In this document: piece by piece, positions 12,831 through 23,428 of the stretch
How positions within the stretch are numbered: position 1 is the first letter of the stretch
Layout of the letters: every line of letters begins with the position of its first letter
Assembly: GCA_023213395.1 (NCBI GenBank)
Contig: CM041465.1
Location: 137,027,741 to 137,091,740 of the forward strand
Direction of reading: 5' to 3'
Source: Cycas panzhihuaensis
Lineage: Eukaryota > Plantae > Cycadophyta
Length of the DNA stretch: 64,000 bases
Translations under genes and position numbers: made by a program
The notes under the pieces: model-generated
The model's database searches: none
Told to the model about the DNA's origin: nothing
Seen by the model: the letters and a program-made list of their open reading frames with translations, nothing else

Positions 12831-14350
12831 CTCGAACAACAGGCTACAATATGAATCACACGACACCCAACGAATGTATTAAGGACGGAAATTGACCCTT
12901 GTGACCTCCTCTGCCTTACGAGCATGCTTCCAAAGGGACCCAACACGGATTATACCCACGTTAAGTGAGTCACCGACTGTTTATATCTCCTTATCCGTCA
13001 ACAAACGACCTTAAATAGCCATTAAATGTCACAACCGACACTCACAATGGCTGCAAATATGTGCTCCAGAACAAAGGATGGCTCCACACGATGATGGTGC
13101 ACGGTCTCCAAGTTAGCAATCCACAAAAAATGCCTCAATCCATGCTTAAAACCGGTCAAGGACACAACAAATACTAAGAAGGTTCTTCACATTATACAAA
13201 TATCCAAGTATCAATGGTCTAAGGGCCTTTTTATAAAGTTGAATTATAAAGTGAATATACCAAAAGGTATATTATCTAAAGTTGCGTCTTTTTAAAAGTC
13301 CCGTGCCTTTGAAACTTAATCCACGTGCTTAAAAAATGGAAGATCAACAATTTTGAATATCACTAAGTATCAAACCTTAGTGAGTATCATCAAACGACAT
13401 CTTCCAAGAGACGCAAGAGATGATAAGAGGCAAGCGACTGCCATGACTCCTCCACGTAGCCAGCGAAGTTCCAGCGAACCAACCACGCAAGAACAAGGGC
13501 TGCACACACTTTTACAGCTGGTAAAAAGCCTAACCTTATTTCAACAGTCCCTTAGAAACGCCCAACCACCTTAAAATCTACGCTTAGCCATGAGAAAGAG
13601 ATGCCAAGACCAAAAATAGTCGCCCAACCAAGGTAATGAACACTTCACCAGAGTATAAACTAGTTGTATAGTGCCTTACGACTGTACACAAGTCTCCACA
13701 CTGCTCACAAATAACCCAACAATTGCTCAACACAAGGATGCAGGCTCAACAGGATGTATTCAGTGCAGATATGGGGTCACTTACTCATAGAAGGAGGCAC
13801 TTCAACTCAAAATGATAGTGAAAAAACTTTATACTGCTGTGTACTTCTCTTAATCTCAGTATAGAGGACTGAAAATTGTTTGAAAAAAACTTCAATTTCT
13901 TCCTAATATAGACTAACTGAAGGCAACACAAGAAGAAGCTTTGATTTTTTGAGTTTTATAGTGCTTTGAGTGGGAATACCCCAGACTTAATTGTATGGAT
14001 AGATGGTTGTCCTTAATGTCACTGAATCACCATCAGTACGTGTTCTGTTCGCTTGAACCACTTCAACAGATCATCAACCGGCTTCGAATGACCCCAACGA
14101 GCCAACTCCAACCACAAACATGGTCTTCACGCTTGAATACCGACTCCAATAACCCTTACACTCCGTCGAATAGTGATCTCCACTGCTCCAACAACCATTG
14201 ATTTTTCTGTGCCTGCTTCTGCACGATGTTGGGGTTGATGGACCCTCAAGACCCGTCTTGGATCAGACGGCGTCACCTGGCAACCAATGATCCAACCGCC
14301 CCGCTCACCGTCAAGCTTCAGCTGTACAGGGCCCTATTGCTCTGATACCA

Positions 14351-14617
14351 TGTTCGGGAACATGAAATCATACACAAATGTTCCCATACACAAGATCTTT
14401 AACCATACATAGCAAGCAACAAATAGAAAACACAGAAAGCAGATGCACAGTACATAGGATTTACGTGGGAAACCCTTTCGTGAAAAAACCCACCACAAAG
14501 AGGATCTTTGATGGATCACTTGATTATTGCACAATGAACTTGGATATGAATATACAAGGCCTCAAGGCTTTTATACCCTCCAAGAGTTGTCACCCGACTA
14601 GGGTTGTGACCCTTTGA
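14351..14617 (-). repeat. E1 5' LTR, missing ~90 bp at its outer end
   Basis: Identity with the LTR at 8411 stops at GACCCTT(T/C)GAA. Confidence 0.9.
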
Positions 14618-15601
14618 AATTTTACCGTAGTCTTTGACAAATGTATGATAATAGCTTATGAGTCCCAAAAATCCACAAGGACTCTTGAGGGACTTTGGCT
14701 TTGGCCAATTTTGCATGTGTTCAATTTTATTAGGGTCCACTTTAATGCCCTTCATCGAAACAATATGTCCAAGGTATTTCGCTTCCCTGGTACCATAGGA
14801 GCATTTGTAACACTTGGCACGAAGTTGGCTTTTTGTTAAAAGTTGTATAGCTTGGTCCAAGTGAATCAAATGATCCTCTTGTGTTTTATTGCAAACCATG
14901 ATGTCATCAAAGAATATTAGTATGAATTTTCGGAGGAAGGGTTGAAAATTTTGATTCATCAAGCTCCAGGTGGTGGATGATGCATTTGTGAGGGCAAACA
15001 ACATTACCATAATTCATAGTGGCCTTCATGAGTGTGGAAGGTTGTCTTGGGAATATCCCCCTGTCATATTTGGATATGGTGGTAGCCAGACCATATGTCT
15101 AATTTGGAGAAAAAACAAGCACCATGCAATTCATCCAATAATTCATCAATTACTAGAATAGGAAATTTGTCCTTGATGATGATTTTTTTCAGCTCTCGAA
15201 AATCCATACACAACTTCAATGACCTATCTTTCCTTCTAACCAAGAGTATTAGAGGAAAAAGGGTTGATACTTGATCGAATGACCCCTGCATCCAGTAATT
15301 CTCTGACTATCTTTTTGATTTCTGTCTTCTGTGTGTAGGGGTGAGGTCGAATATTAGGTGGTGGATTATCGGGAATTGATTGTGTGGTATGGTCATGCAA
15401 CTGTCGAGGCAATACTTTGTGGGGGTTTGCAGATACTAAGGCATGCTTTTTGAGGACTAATTGCTAATCAAGAGGGACAGTTGCATCTGGCATTGGGTGT
15501 GATGTTGAGTCAGTTGTTTTTGTCACTTGTACTACACATAGTTGAGCCACCACTCCCTAAAGATCCCTTTTTAATATTTTCTCCATTTGGTGGGAGCTAA
15601 C
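14618..15601 (-). mobile_element. Gypsy element C, RT segment
   Basis: LVRRKDRSLKLCMDFRELKKIIIKDKFPI; FILIFFDDIMV; YLGHIVS; GFLGLISYY. Confidence 0.9.
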
Positions 15602-16431
15602 TGTTGACTCAGGTGTTCCCACTGCACTTGTGGGAACAATGCACTTGTCAAGGTTACATAGGCTATAGTCTAGTTAGGATACTGTCAACATGGTTATTCA
15701 CATACATTCCACAGATTATTCATAGAATTATATCACAATAGTACACAACAGCACAGAAATCAACACATATTCAGCTTTTCATCCTTATAAACACAGAGAA
15801 TAGACAGTTTTCCACGTAACTCTTCTTTCCATTAAGCAATAAGTTCAACTACACAGAGGGCTGGAATGCATCCCTGTGCATTCCAGCAGCATACACTCTT
15901 CTGTTACATGTGTACCCAGGTGGTACTTATCAATAACACTTGCTTCAATCGGCTGTCATATGTGCTAGCATCCGTACCATTGCGTACCCTGAATAGTCGG
16001 CTCTCAGCCTAACCAAATGGTCCTTGCGTACTTCCTTAAATATGCCTCTTCGTACCTTTTGGCTGAAGGGTTATAACTGCCTATCATAACCGTACCCCTT
16101 TAGTCAAACGTACCTTTTCCTTAATCATTAGTTATATTTTTAACTAATGTCTTCATCATGTCCGTACGTTAAATGCGTGCACGCCCGCAGCCTCCCAGGG
16201 CTTCTATTGGTCCCGTCTGCGTCGCATCGCCTGCTTTAGTTCCGTTCCATTTGTTGGTATGTATCGTATTACGTACACTGCCTGGTACACACATCATCGT
16301 GCATACGGAATACTAGTTTTTCCACTGTTTCGCCTCGTGCGTACCTCCGTACGGTCCGTACCTACACATCTAGGGTTATCCAGCCTACCTCTGGTCTTCC
16401 AACAACTATATGATCAATTTATGCCCCAACA
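15602..16431 (-). repeat. Element B 3' LTR (830 bp)
   Basis: Direct repeat of 25375-26190 with scattered substitutions and small indels. Confidence 0.97.
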
Positions 16432-16526
16432 TCTATCCCGGGTCAACAGTATGGGTTTGAGCATCCTTGCTCAACAAAATTCCAAAAATTTTTCAAAATT
16501 TTGGGGTATTCCTCCCTCGCTCTGTC

Positions 16527-17608
16527 TCAAGGTGGCTCCTGCTGCCTCTGTCCTACTAGGATTTCTTCATTAATCTGTGTTAAGGTAGCAATGATAGCAT
16601 CCTTTTCCTTAATTTTATCTTGAAGGGCAACTATCTCGGCTTTATACCCTTCCTCCATTTCTTGAATAAGCTGAATTATAGGTCCTGATTTATTATGTGG
16701 TGTGGGAGGTGCTGAGGTTTCACCTGCTTCCATTGACGGAGGGAAGTCTTCCCATTCTTCCCAGGAGGCCTTTGCTTCTTCTTCCTCCTCCCCTGATTCC
16801 TCTTCACCTTTCTTCCGTTTACTTCTTCTGTGGACAACCTGTTTTGTCCGATGTGGAATAGGTGTTCCTGGTGTTCTCTGCAACTAGGCGAGTACCTTAT
16901 GCATTTGTTTTTGAACCCGTCTTCTTGCTTCCGGCCGTTAATCGAATCCGGAATTCCGCGCCTTTGTTTAATGATAGGTTCCCGCGGAGAAATGGTGGTT
17001 CTTGTTAGCTGTACTTCTGGACATTGATAAAACAAGATAGCCACTAATAAGGAGGGATGTCGAAAGGGATGTGTCCTGATCTCCTTGAGTTGCTGCCTCA
17101 TGTTTTCTGCCAAGAATTCAGACCAATTCAGTTTCTCTCCTTCCCGAATTTTTAATAACACTGGCATCATTCGTCCCGGAATGTATGTATACTTCCGTTT
17201 GGACAAAAATCGGGAATTTATAACTTTTGCTATCCATTGGAGTCTGATATCAATGATATCTGCTACGCGAATTCCACCAGACATTATCTAGGTATTTGCT
17301 TGACATAAATCTCTTAACCACATTTCACGGTCAACCTCTGACCTCTTAGTACCCAGGGGAATTTTGCCTTCATTTGGGAGTTTTGTTATGGTGTGAATTA
17401 TTTCTGCATCCATCTTGACCTTCCTGCTATCTTCCTTCAGTGCTAACAAAATCTGGTCCATGAGTTCTGGGTCATAATACATAGGATTGCAATAAATGTA
17501 GTCTCTCCATCCTGCTTGTTTTACCTTGGTCTGAAATTGAGCTGGTAAAGCTTGCAATTCCTACTTAAGCTTTGGTATAAATGCTTCTTGGCATCCTGTT
17601 GTCCTCAT
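16527..17608 (-). pseudogene. Element B 3' accessory ORF (~360 aa; two in-frame stops, one frameshift)
   Basis: ATG at 17608; ORFs 17288-17557 and 16676-17284 share one frame; comparison with the 1-850 homolog puts a frameshift near 16900-16960 into the frame of 16527-16883. Confidence 0.8.
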
Positions 17609-17869
17609 TCTGGCTGTGGAATTCCAGAGATAGTTGAAAATAACCTAACAGTGCAAATCGGAACCCTACATGCGTACTTTTTGGGTATGCTTGCCGTTTT
17701 CTTGAAATTCTGTGCCGAGATGCGTACCAGAGTCACTTTTTTGTCTTGCAGGGTTGTATGGTTGTTTGGCGGAAATTTTGGAGTCGAATCTTTCGTCGTT
17801 TTTCGCTGCGTACTTCACGGAAATGCTCGCAGGTACGTAATGTTTTGTCTTATTCACTATTTTGTCTTA

Positions 17870-18290
17870 TATGTGCTTTTGGTATGTATAATGTTATTCG
17901 CTCCCACTGTGCGTACTCGATTGCATACTTTTTAGGTACGTATAATGTAACTAGGCACTTAGGCTTACTTTCCACTGTGCGTACCCGACTACGTACTTTT
18001 CAGGTACGTACACTGTAATCGGTTAACTTAATTTTCTTTTCACTGTGCGTACCTGATTGCGTACTTTTCAGGTACGTATAATGTAACTGGGTAACTTAAA
18101 CTTTCTTTTCACTGTGCGTACCTGACTGCGTACTTTTCAGGTACGTATAATGTAATTTTGATTCACTTTTTTGAACTATGCGTACTGGACTATATTTTCT
18201 TGGTACGTATAGTGTAATTTCGAAATTTAGTCACTTTTTTAATTGTGCGTACCTGGTAACATACCTTTTTGGTACGTATAATGTATTTTG
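17870..18290. repeat. Tandem array, ~68-bp unit, 6 copies plus a partial, with internal inverted repeat
   Basis: CACTGTGCGTAC-like starts at ~17905, 17973, 18041, 18110, 18174, 18241; CGTACCTGA-n11-TCAGGTACG stem in the central units. Confidence 0.92.
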
Positions 18291-18517
18291 CTTGTATGCT
18301 TTTGAATTTTCCTCTGAATTTTTCAGTTTATGATGCTATTACTTATGTATGTGATGAGTTACGGTTGTTTTTTATTTTTTTCCAATTTTTTTTTTTTGTC
18401 TCTTTTTCCGTATCCATACCGAACTGGATCATGTTTCGGTATCAAGGCAATTCGTTTTGTCTCAACTTCATGCAACACAATATAATACAACCAACTGATC
18501 CGACTGATAAAGCTGAT

Positions 18518-19792
18518 TTATTCAATGCATGGTTTCAGTCTGCTACCATTCACTCGAGTTGGTAGCAGTGGTCCATCTATTTCCCGAAGTTGCACCGATC
18601 CGTTTTCGAAGACTTTTTCTGCGATGTACGGTCCCAACCACCGCATCTTGAGTTTGCCGGGGTGCATTTTGAACTTGCTGTCGTAAAGCAGCACTTGATC
18701 ACCTTCTTTGAACTGAGGTTTACGTAAATGTCGGTCGTGCCATGCTTTTTGTCGTTGCTTTTCTACATTTTGCAACCATTTTGCCATATGTCGCTTCTCT
18801 TCTAATCGCACTAATTCTTCCAATCACTGTCGTAAGGACTGGAAGTTGTCTAATCGACATTGCATAGCAACTCGTAGACTTGGTATCTCAAATTCCGTCG
18901 GAAGAATGGCTTCTGTGCCGTAGACAAGCTGGAATGGAGTTTGTCCAGTTGATCTTTTATACGTTGTTCGGAATGCCCATAGCACGGATGGCAATTTCTC
19001 TACCCAATCAGAGCTGCGGACGTCGCATATCTTCCTTAAGCAATTCTCGATTATCTTATTCGAACTTTCCGCTTGGCCATTTGCTCTCGGATAATAGGGA
19101 GTAGATTTCCGATGACTTATCATGAAGGCTGATGTCAATGTCTCTATAGTTTGATTCAGAAAGTGGGCGCCTTGGTCACTCACAATTTCCAAGGGGCATC
19201 TAAATCGTGTAATAACCACCTCGTACAGAAATCGAGTTGTACTTTCCGCTTCGGCTTTCCGTAATGCTCTCACTTCTACCCACTTCGTCATATAGTCAGT
19301 TGCCACCAAAATATATCGGGCTTTCGATCGACGAGCGGCTGGTTTAATTGGCCCCACGAAGTCGAGTCCCCATTTCTCGAATGGTGCTAAAGGTAAAATG
19401 GGATGTAGGGGTTGCAAATCCTATCGATTAGGTTTCCCAACTCGCTGGCAATAGTTGCAAGGTTGGATCCACTTCCTGACGTCTTCGAACATGGATGGCC
19501 ACCAGAATCCGGACATCAAAATTTTCTGCCATGTGGCTAATTTGCCCATGTGTCCACCTGCTACTCCTTCGTGTGCTTGCGACATGATTTGGTTGATCTC
19601 GTGTGGTCGAACACAACGTCGTAACACTTCGTCTAGTCCCAATTTGTATAATTCCCCATTGATTAGTTGATATGGTTCTACTTTTTTGATAAAATTCCTT
19701 TTTCCCGTGCGATCTAATTCTGCCGACACTTCTCCAGTCGCTAAGTATTCTGGTATTCCCATCATACCAGTCAGTTGGGACCGCTTCCACAC
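18518..19792 (-). pseudogene. Element B integrase (H2C2 zinc finger, catalytic core, GPY/F motif)
   Basis: AHEGVAGGH...CNYCQR; WGLDFVGP; IVSDQGAHF; ANGQAESSNK; RWLGPY; point stops only. Confidence 0.95.
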
Positions 19793-19799
19793 TGAATAG

Positions 19800-21200
19800 T
19801 GTTGCGTCTGGAAAGTCGTCTGACACTCCTGTAGCTTTTTCCCCGTTTGTGATTCTCGACAACTGATCAGGGATGATATGGGCTTTTTCGGGTTTCACAA
19901 TGATCTTAAAAGAAAATTCTTGGAACAACATCAACCACCTGCTGATTCGTCCCCGCATGATCGGTTTGTTTACCAAATACATCAACGCTTGGTGATCGAC
20001 GAAGAACAAAAATGGATTTGACAATAGATAGTGTCGAAATTTCTGCAATGCATATACCATGCCAAGTGCTTCCCTCTCTGTCGTCGTGTAATTCTGCTCG
20101 GCCTTTGTAAGTTTTCGACTGGCGAAATATATCGGGTGGTCTGTTTTGTCGTCATTAGGTTGTGCCAATACACATCCAATAGCGTATTGTGATGCATCCA
20201 CATGTACATGGAAGGTCTTCTTCCAATCGGGAAATCGCAGTATAGGTGCTGCTATGATAACTTGTTTCAGTGCTTCAAATGTTGTTGTTCCTCCGTCCAT
20301 TCCCATTCAATGTTCTTTTTCAATAATTCCTCTAGGGGTCCTGATATGTATGCATATCCCCTGATGAATTTTCTGTAGTATCCCGTCAACCCCAAAAAAC
20401 CTTTCAGTTGTTTCCTCGTAAGTGGCATAGGGAAGTGCAGAATTGCAGATACCTTGGCTGGATCTCGGCCAATCCTTCCTTGCTGACTATGTGCCCCAAC
20501 AGGTTTCCGAAGGGTACCGGGAAGGTACATTTTTCTGGATTTAGGCACAACTTGTTTTCACAGCATGTTTGTAACATTTCCCTCAAATTCTCCATGTGAT
20601 CCTTCATTAATCCATACAATGTCCAATCGTCTAGGAATACCGCAACTTTTTCTCCGATAAATTTCCAAAATATGTTGATTACAATTCGTTGGAATGTAGC
20701 CGGTGCATTCGTAAGACCGAATGGTATCACTTTATATGCATACGTTCCCCATTCTGTCACGGATGTGGTTTTCGTTTGATCTTTTGGGGCAATCTGCACT
20801 TGATTGCACTTGCTGAATCCATCGGTGAAGGAGTATATTTCATTTCTTCCTACTGCTTCTAGAATATCTTCCGTAAAAGGTAACGGAAAGGGATCCTTCT
20901 TTGTTACCTTGTTTAGTTGTCTGTAATCCACTGCATACGGATTTTCCCATTCTTTTGGGAACTACCATTCTGAGGCTCACCCGATCCACTGTAGTCGATT
21001 TCGTAAATATATCCCGCTTCCAACATTTTGTCTAGTTCAGCTTTCACTTTTTCCTTATATTTAGGATTCATCCGGTATGGCCTCTGTTTTACTGGTTTCG
21101 CATCTTCCACCAAATTGATATGATGCATTCTTATTTCTGGAGGAATGCCTTTTAGGTCCTTGTATGACCATGCAAATACGTCGCGGAATTCTTCAAACAA
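19800..21200 (-). pseudogene. Element B reverse transcriptase and RNaseH
   Basis: VFAWSYKDLKGIPPEI; DYRQLNKVTKKDPFPLP; PFGLTNAPATFQ; VFLDDW; HVDASQYAIG; YTTTEREALG; VDHQAL. Confidence 0.95.
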
Positions 21201-21529
21201 CTGTTGGGCTTCCGCTACTGTTTGATGATCCCAATAATTTCCAATTCGTATGAGTTTGGGATTGTCTTAGCTGTCGACATTGATCTCAGTAGTTTTAAAC
21301 TTAGTTACTCCAACATCTTCCTTATTTCCGGTTTTGTGTCCTGGAGTATCCTCTAACTTCCTTTCTCCAATATTAAGTTCTGTGAATTCTGCAGGGTAAT
21401 TCATAATTTCTTCTCCCTCGTCAGGTACTGATTCTTCCTCCTCTTGGTTTGTCAGTTCTTGTTCTAGTTTTATACTCATTAATCTAATATGCTTTAGGAT
21501 TCTATCTATTTACTTGTTTTCCGAGGTAT

Positions 21530-21975
21530 GCCTAAAGTTTTTTATAAAGGATTTCTTCAAGCTTCCCCAAGTCACATCTAAACTTTGTTCCTTTCCGAGG
21601 AACCAGTCCTTGGCTACTTTTCCCAGGGTATGGTAGAAGTAGTTAGGCTAATTTTGTTTTGGTATACTTAAGGATATCCATTTTTGTTTACATTTTTGTA
21701 TATGCTCCCTAGGGTTTCGACCTACATAAAATAATGGGGTGTCTAATTGTTTTGGATGATCGAATCGGATTCGAAACATCGTTTGTAACTCTTTCCAATT
21801 TTTAAGAATGGTTTGGTGGGCTAGGTACCAATACCAAGTCTTTCCCCGTAAGGTCAATACTAGGTCTTGTTGCCATTGGGTTTTATCCCAATTCCCGTGT
21901 TCTATCCAGTATTCAACACAATGAGTTAGGTGGGTAGTCCCATATAACTGCTCTCCGTAGAACGACTTAACATGC
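21530..21975 (-). other. Two tandem Gag capsid N-terminal-like domains, in frame within Pol of element B
   Basis: Repeat 1: FYGEQLYGTTHL...TLRGKTWYWY...NWKELQTMFRIRF. Repeat 2: FYVGRNPREHI...*PNYFYHTLGKVAKDWF...TWGSLKKSFIKNF. Both parallel the element's own Gag TLRGVPLAWY...SWEKIKKSFEERF. Confidence 0.8.
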
Positions 21976-22649
21976 TTCCCAATGTAAATTTGGTGATTTA
22001 TTTCTTCTAGGATAATAACTCTACTGTTTAGACCAGAGTCTCTAGAAGTATTTACCAGTGATTCTCCTTCCATTTTCCTGGTTTTGGCGCCAATTGTTGG
22101 AAGGGATCGGTTACTGGGTGGGTATACTTCTAAGGAAGAGGAGGAAGGAATATTACTCCCTTCCTTGGGTTGTAATAGGGGGGGGGGGGGGGGGGAATCT
22201 ACCTCAGGACCCACGCCTGATGTAGAAGGGAGGTCGGGGTTACTATTAGCTACTACAAAACTATGAAAAATATTAGGTATGCTAGGGGGTTGTTGGTCTA
22301 GTTGGCTGTTATCCCTTAAACTATCATTAGTCATTATATACTCAAAAGAATCTAAATTATCATTAATGTCTTTAGTTATACATTTGGATAATAAATTACA
22401 TCTATGAGAAGAGGAGTTTACTTCATAGGCATCCTGCAGCCAATAATCCACGAATCTCATTCCATTTTCGTCGTCCGAAGAGTTGTATATTTCTCCAAAA
22501 TAGGTCGGTTCTTCTTCTTGGTAATTGGTCGATGTCGTGGGCTCTTCCGCAGTATGATAGAGGTTTTCTTCCTTGAGGGAAGAGGATGTTGTTTCGCTTG
22601 TGACAGTCGTACTGGATCCCTCATCCGGTATCATTTCGATGGAATTCCT

Positions 22650-23000
22650 TCCTAGCATCGGTAATAGTAATTTGTTCCCATTATCCGATAAGGTGAAGGT
22701 CACATTTTTCCAATTTTGGAGGTATTGGGTCTTGTATAGCCACGGCCTCCCCAATAGTGCTGGGTAGGGAGTTGCCCCTTTTTCTGTTTTCACGATTGTG
22801 AAATCAATTTTTACCACAATCCCTGCCACATCCACCTTGATGTCGGCTAATCTTCCCATAGGTCGCACTAATAATTCGTTGGCCAATTTCAACGAATATG
22901 TTGTCTTCAACTTTGGGCTTCCCACTTTCGCCATGTCAAAGCGGTAATACGTTCAATGGCGCCTCCATCAACAATCACTTTTGGGAATGTTTCTCCCAGT
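22650..23000 (-). pseudogene. Element B aspartic protease
   Basis: VIVDGGA active-site motif and ALLGRPWL, separated by a frameshift. Confidence 0.85.
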
Positions 23001-23428
23001 ACCATCATTGTTACCATAGGATCCATATCGAATGATGGCATTATTTTCTTTAAACTCTTTGTAATTCCGCGTTGTAGTACTCCTCCTTTAATCCAATCAA
23101 TGACTTGGCATAGGGGGATGGTCAATTGTAGCTGCTTTGACCAAATTCTCCATCAACAACAAAGATTCCTAATGTCTTCCACTGGTAACCCTTTAAATAG
23201 TTCTTCTATTTGCACCATCTGAGGCTGCACCTTTGGCTCTTCTGGTATGTTCTCTTTTTCTTTCTGCTTATTTTTCCGTACGTATACGTATTTGGTTTCT
23301 GGTTTTCCCATTGGTAATGTATTTTCTTCCTGAGCTAAGCCATCCAATACTTGTTTTGCTTGTTTAAACCGATCCATTTCTGTTTGCGGATCCCGATATC
23401 CTTCGTTTTGTTTCTCCTTCTGTTTATT

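Larger units (their letters stand above)
8411..14617 (-). mobile_element. Ty1/Copia element E1, near full length; 5' LTR truncated
   Basis: 3' LTR 8411-8768 (TGTT...AACA) with PPT ATTAAGGGGGGA; 5' LTR 14351-~14617; PBS TGGTATCAGAGC at 14339-14350; domain order gag-PR-INT-RT-RH. Confidence 0.95.

Noticed and set aside
16527-17608. env gene call for the 3' ORF
   Set aside because: Position fits, but no signal peptide or clear transmembrane helix is visible.
17870-18290. CRISPR-like look (palindromic repeat plus variable segment)
   Set aside because: The variable segments are related to each other rather than unique spacers, there are no cas genes, and the context is a eukaryotic retrotransposon. 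It is a tandem repeat.
22178-22195. G18 homopolymer / G-quadruplex candidate
   Set aside because: Encodes a polyproline run on the minus strand in the Pol linker; simple slippage is sufficient and homopolymer length is error-prone.
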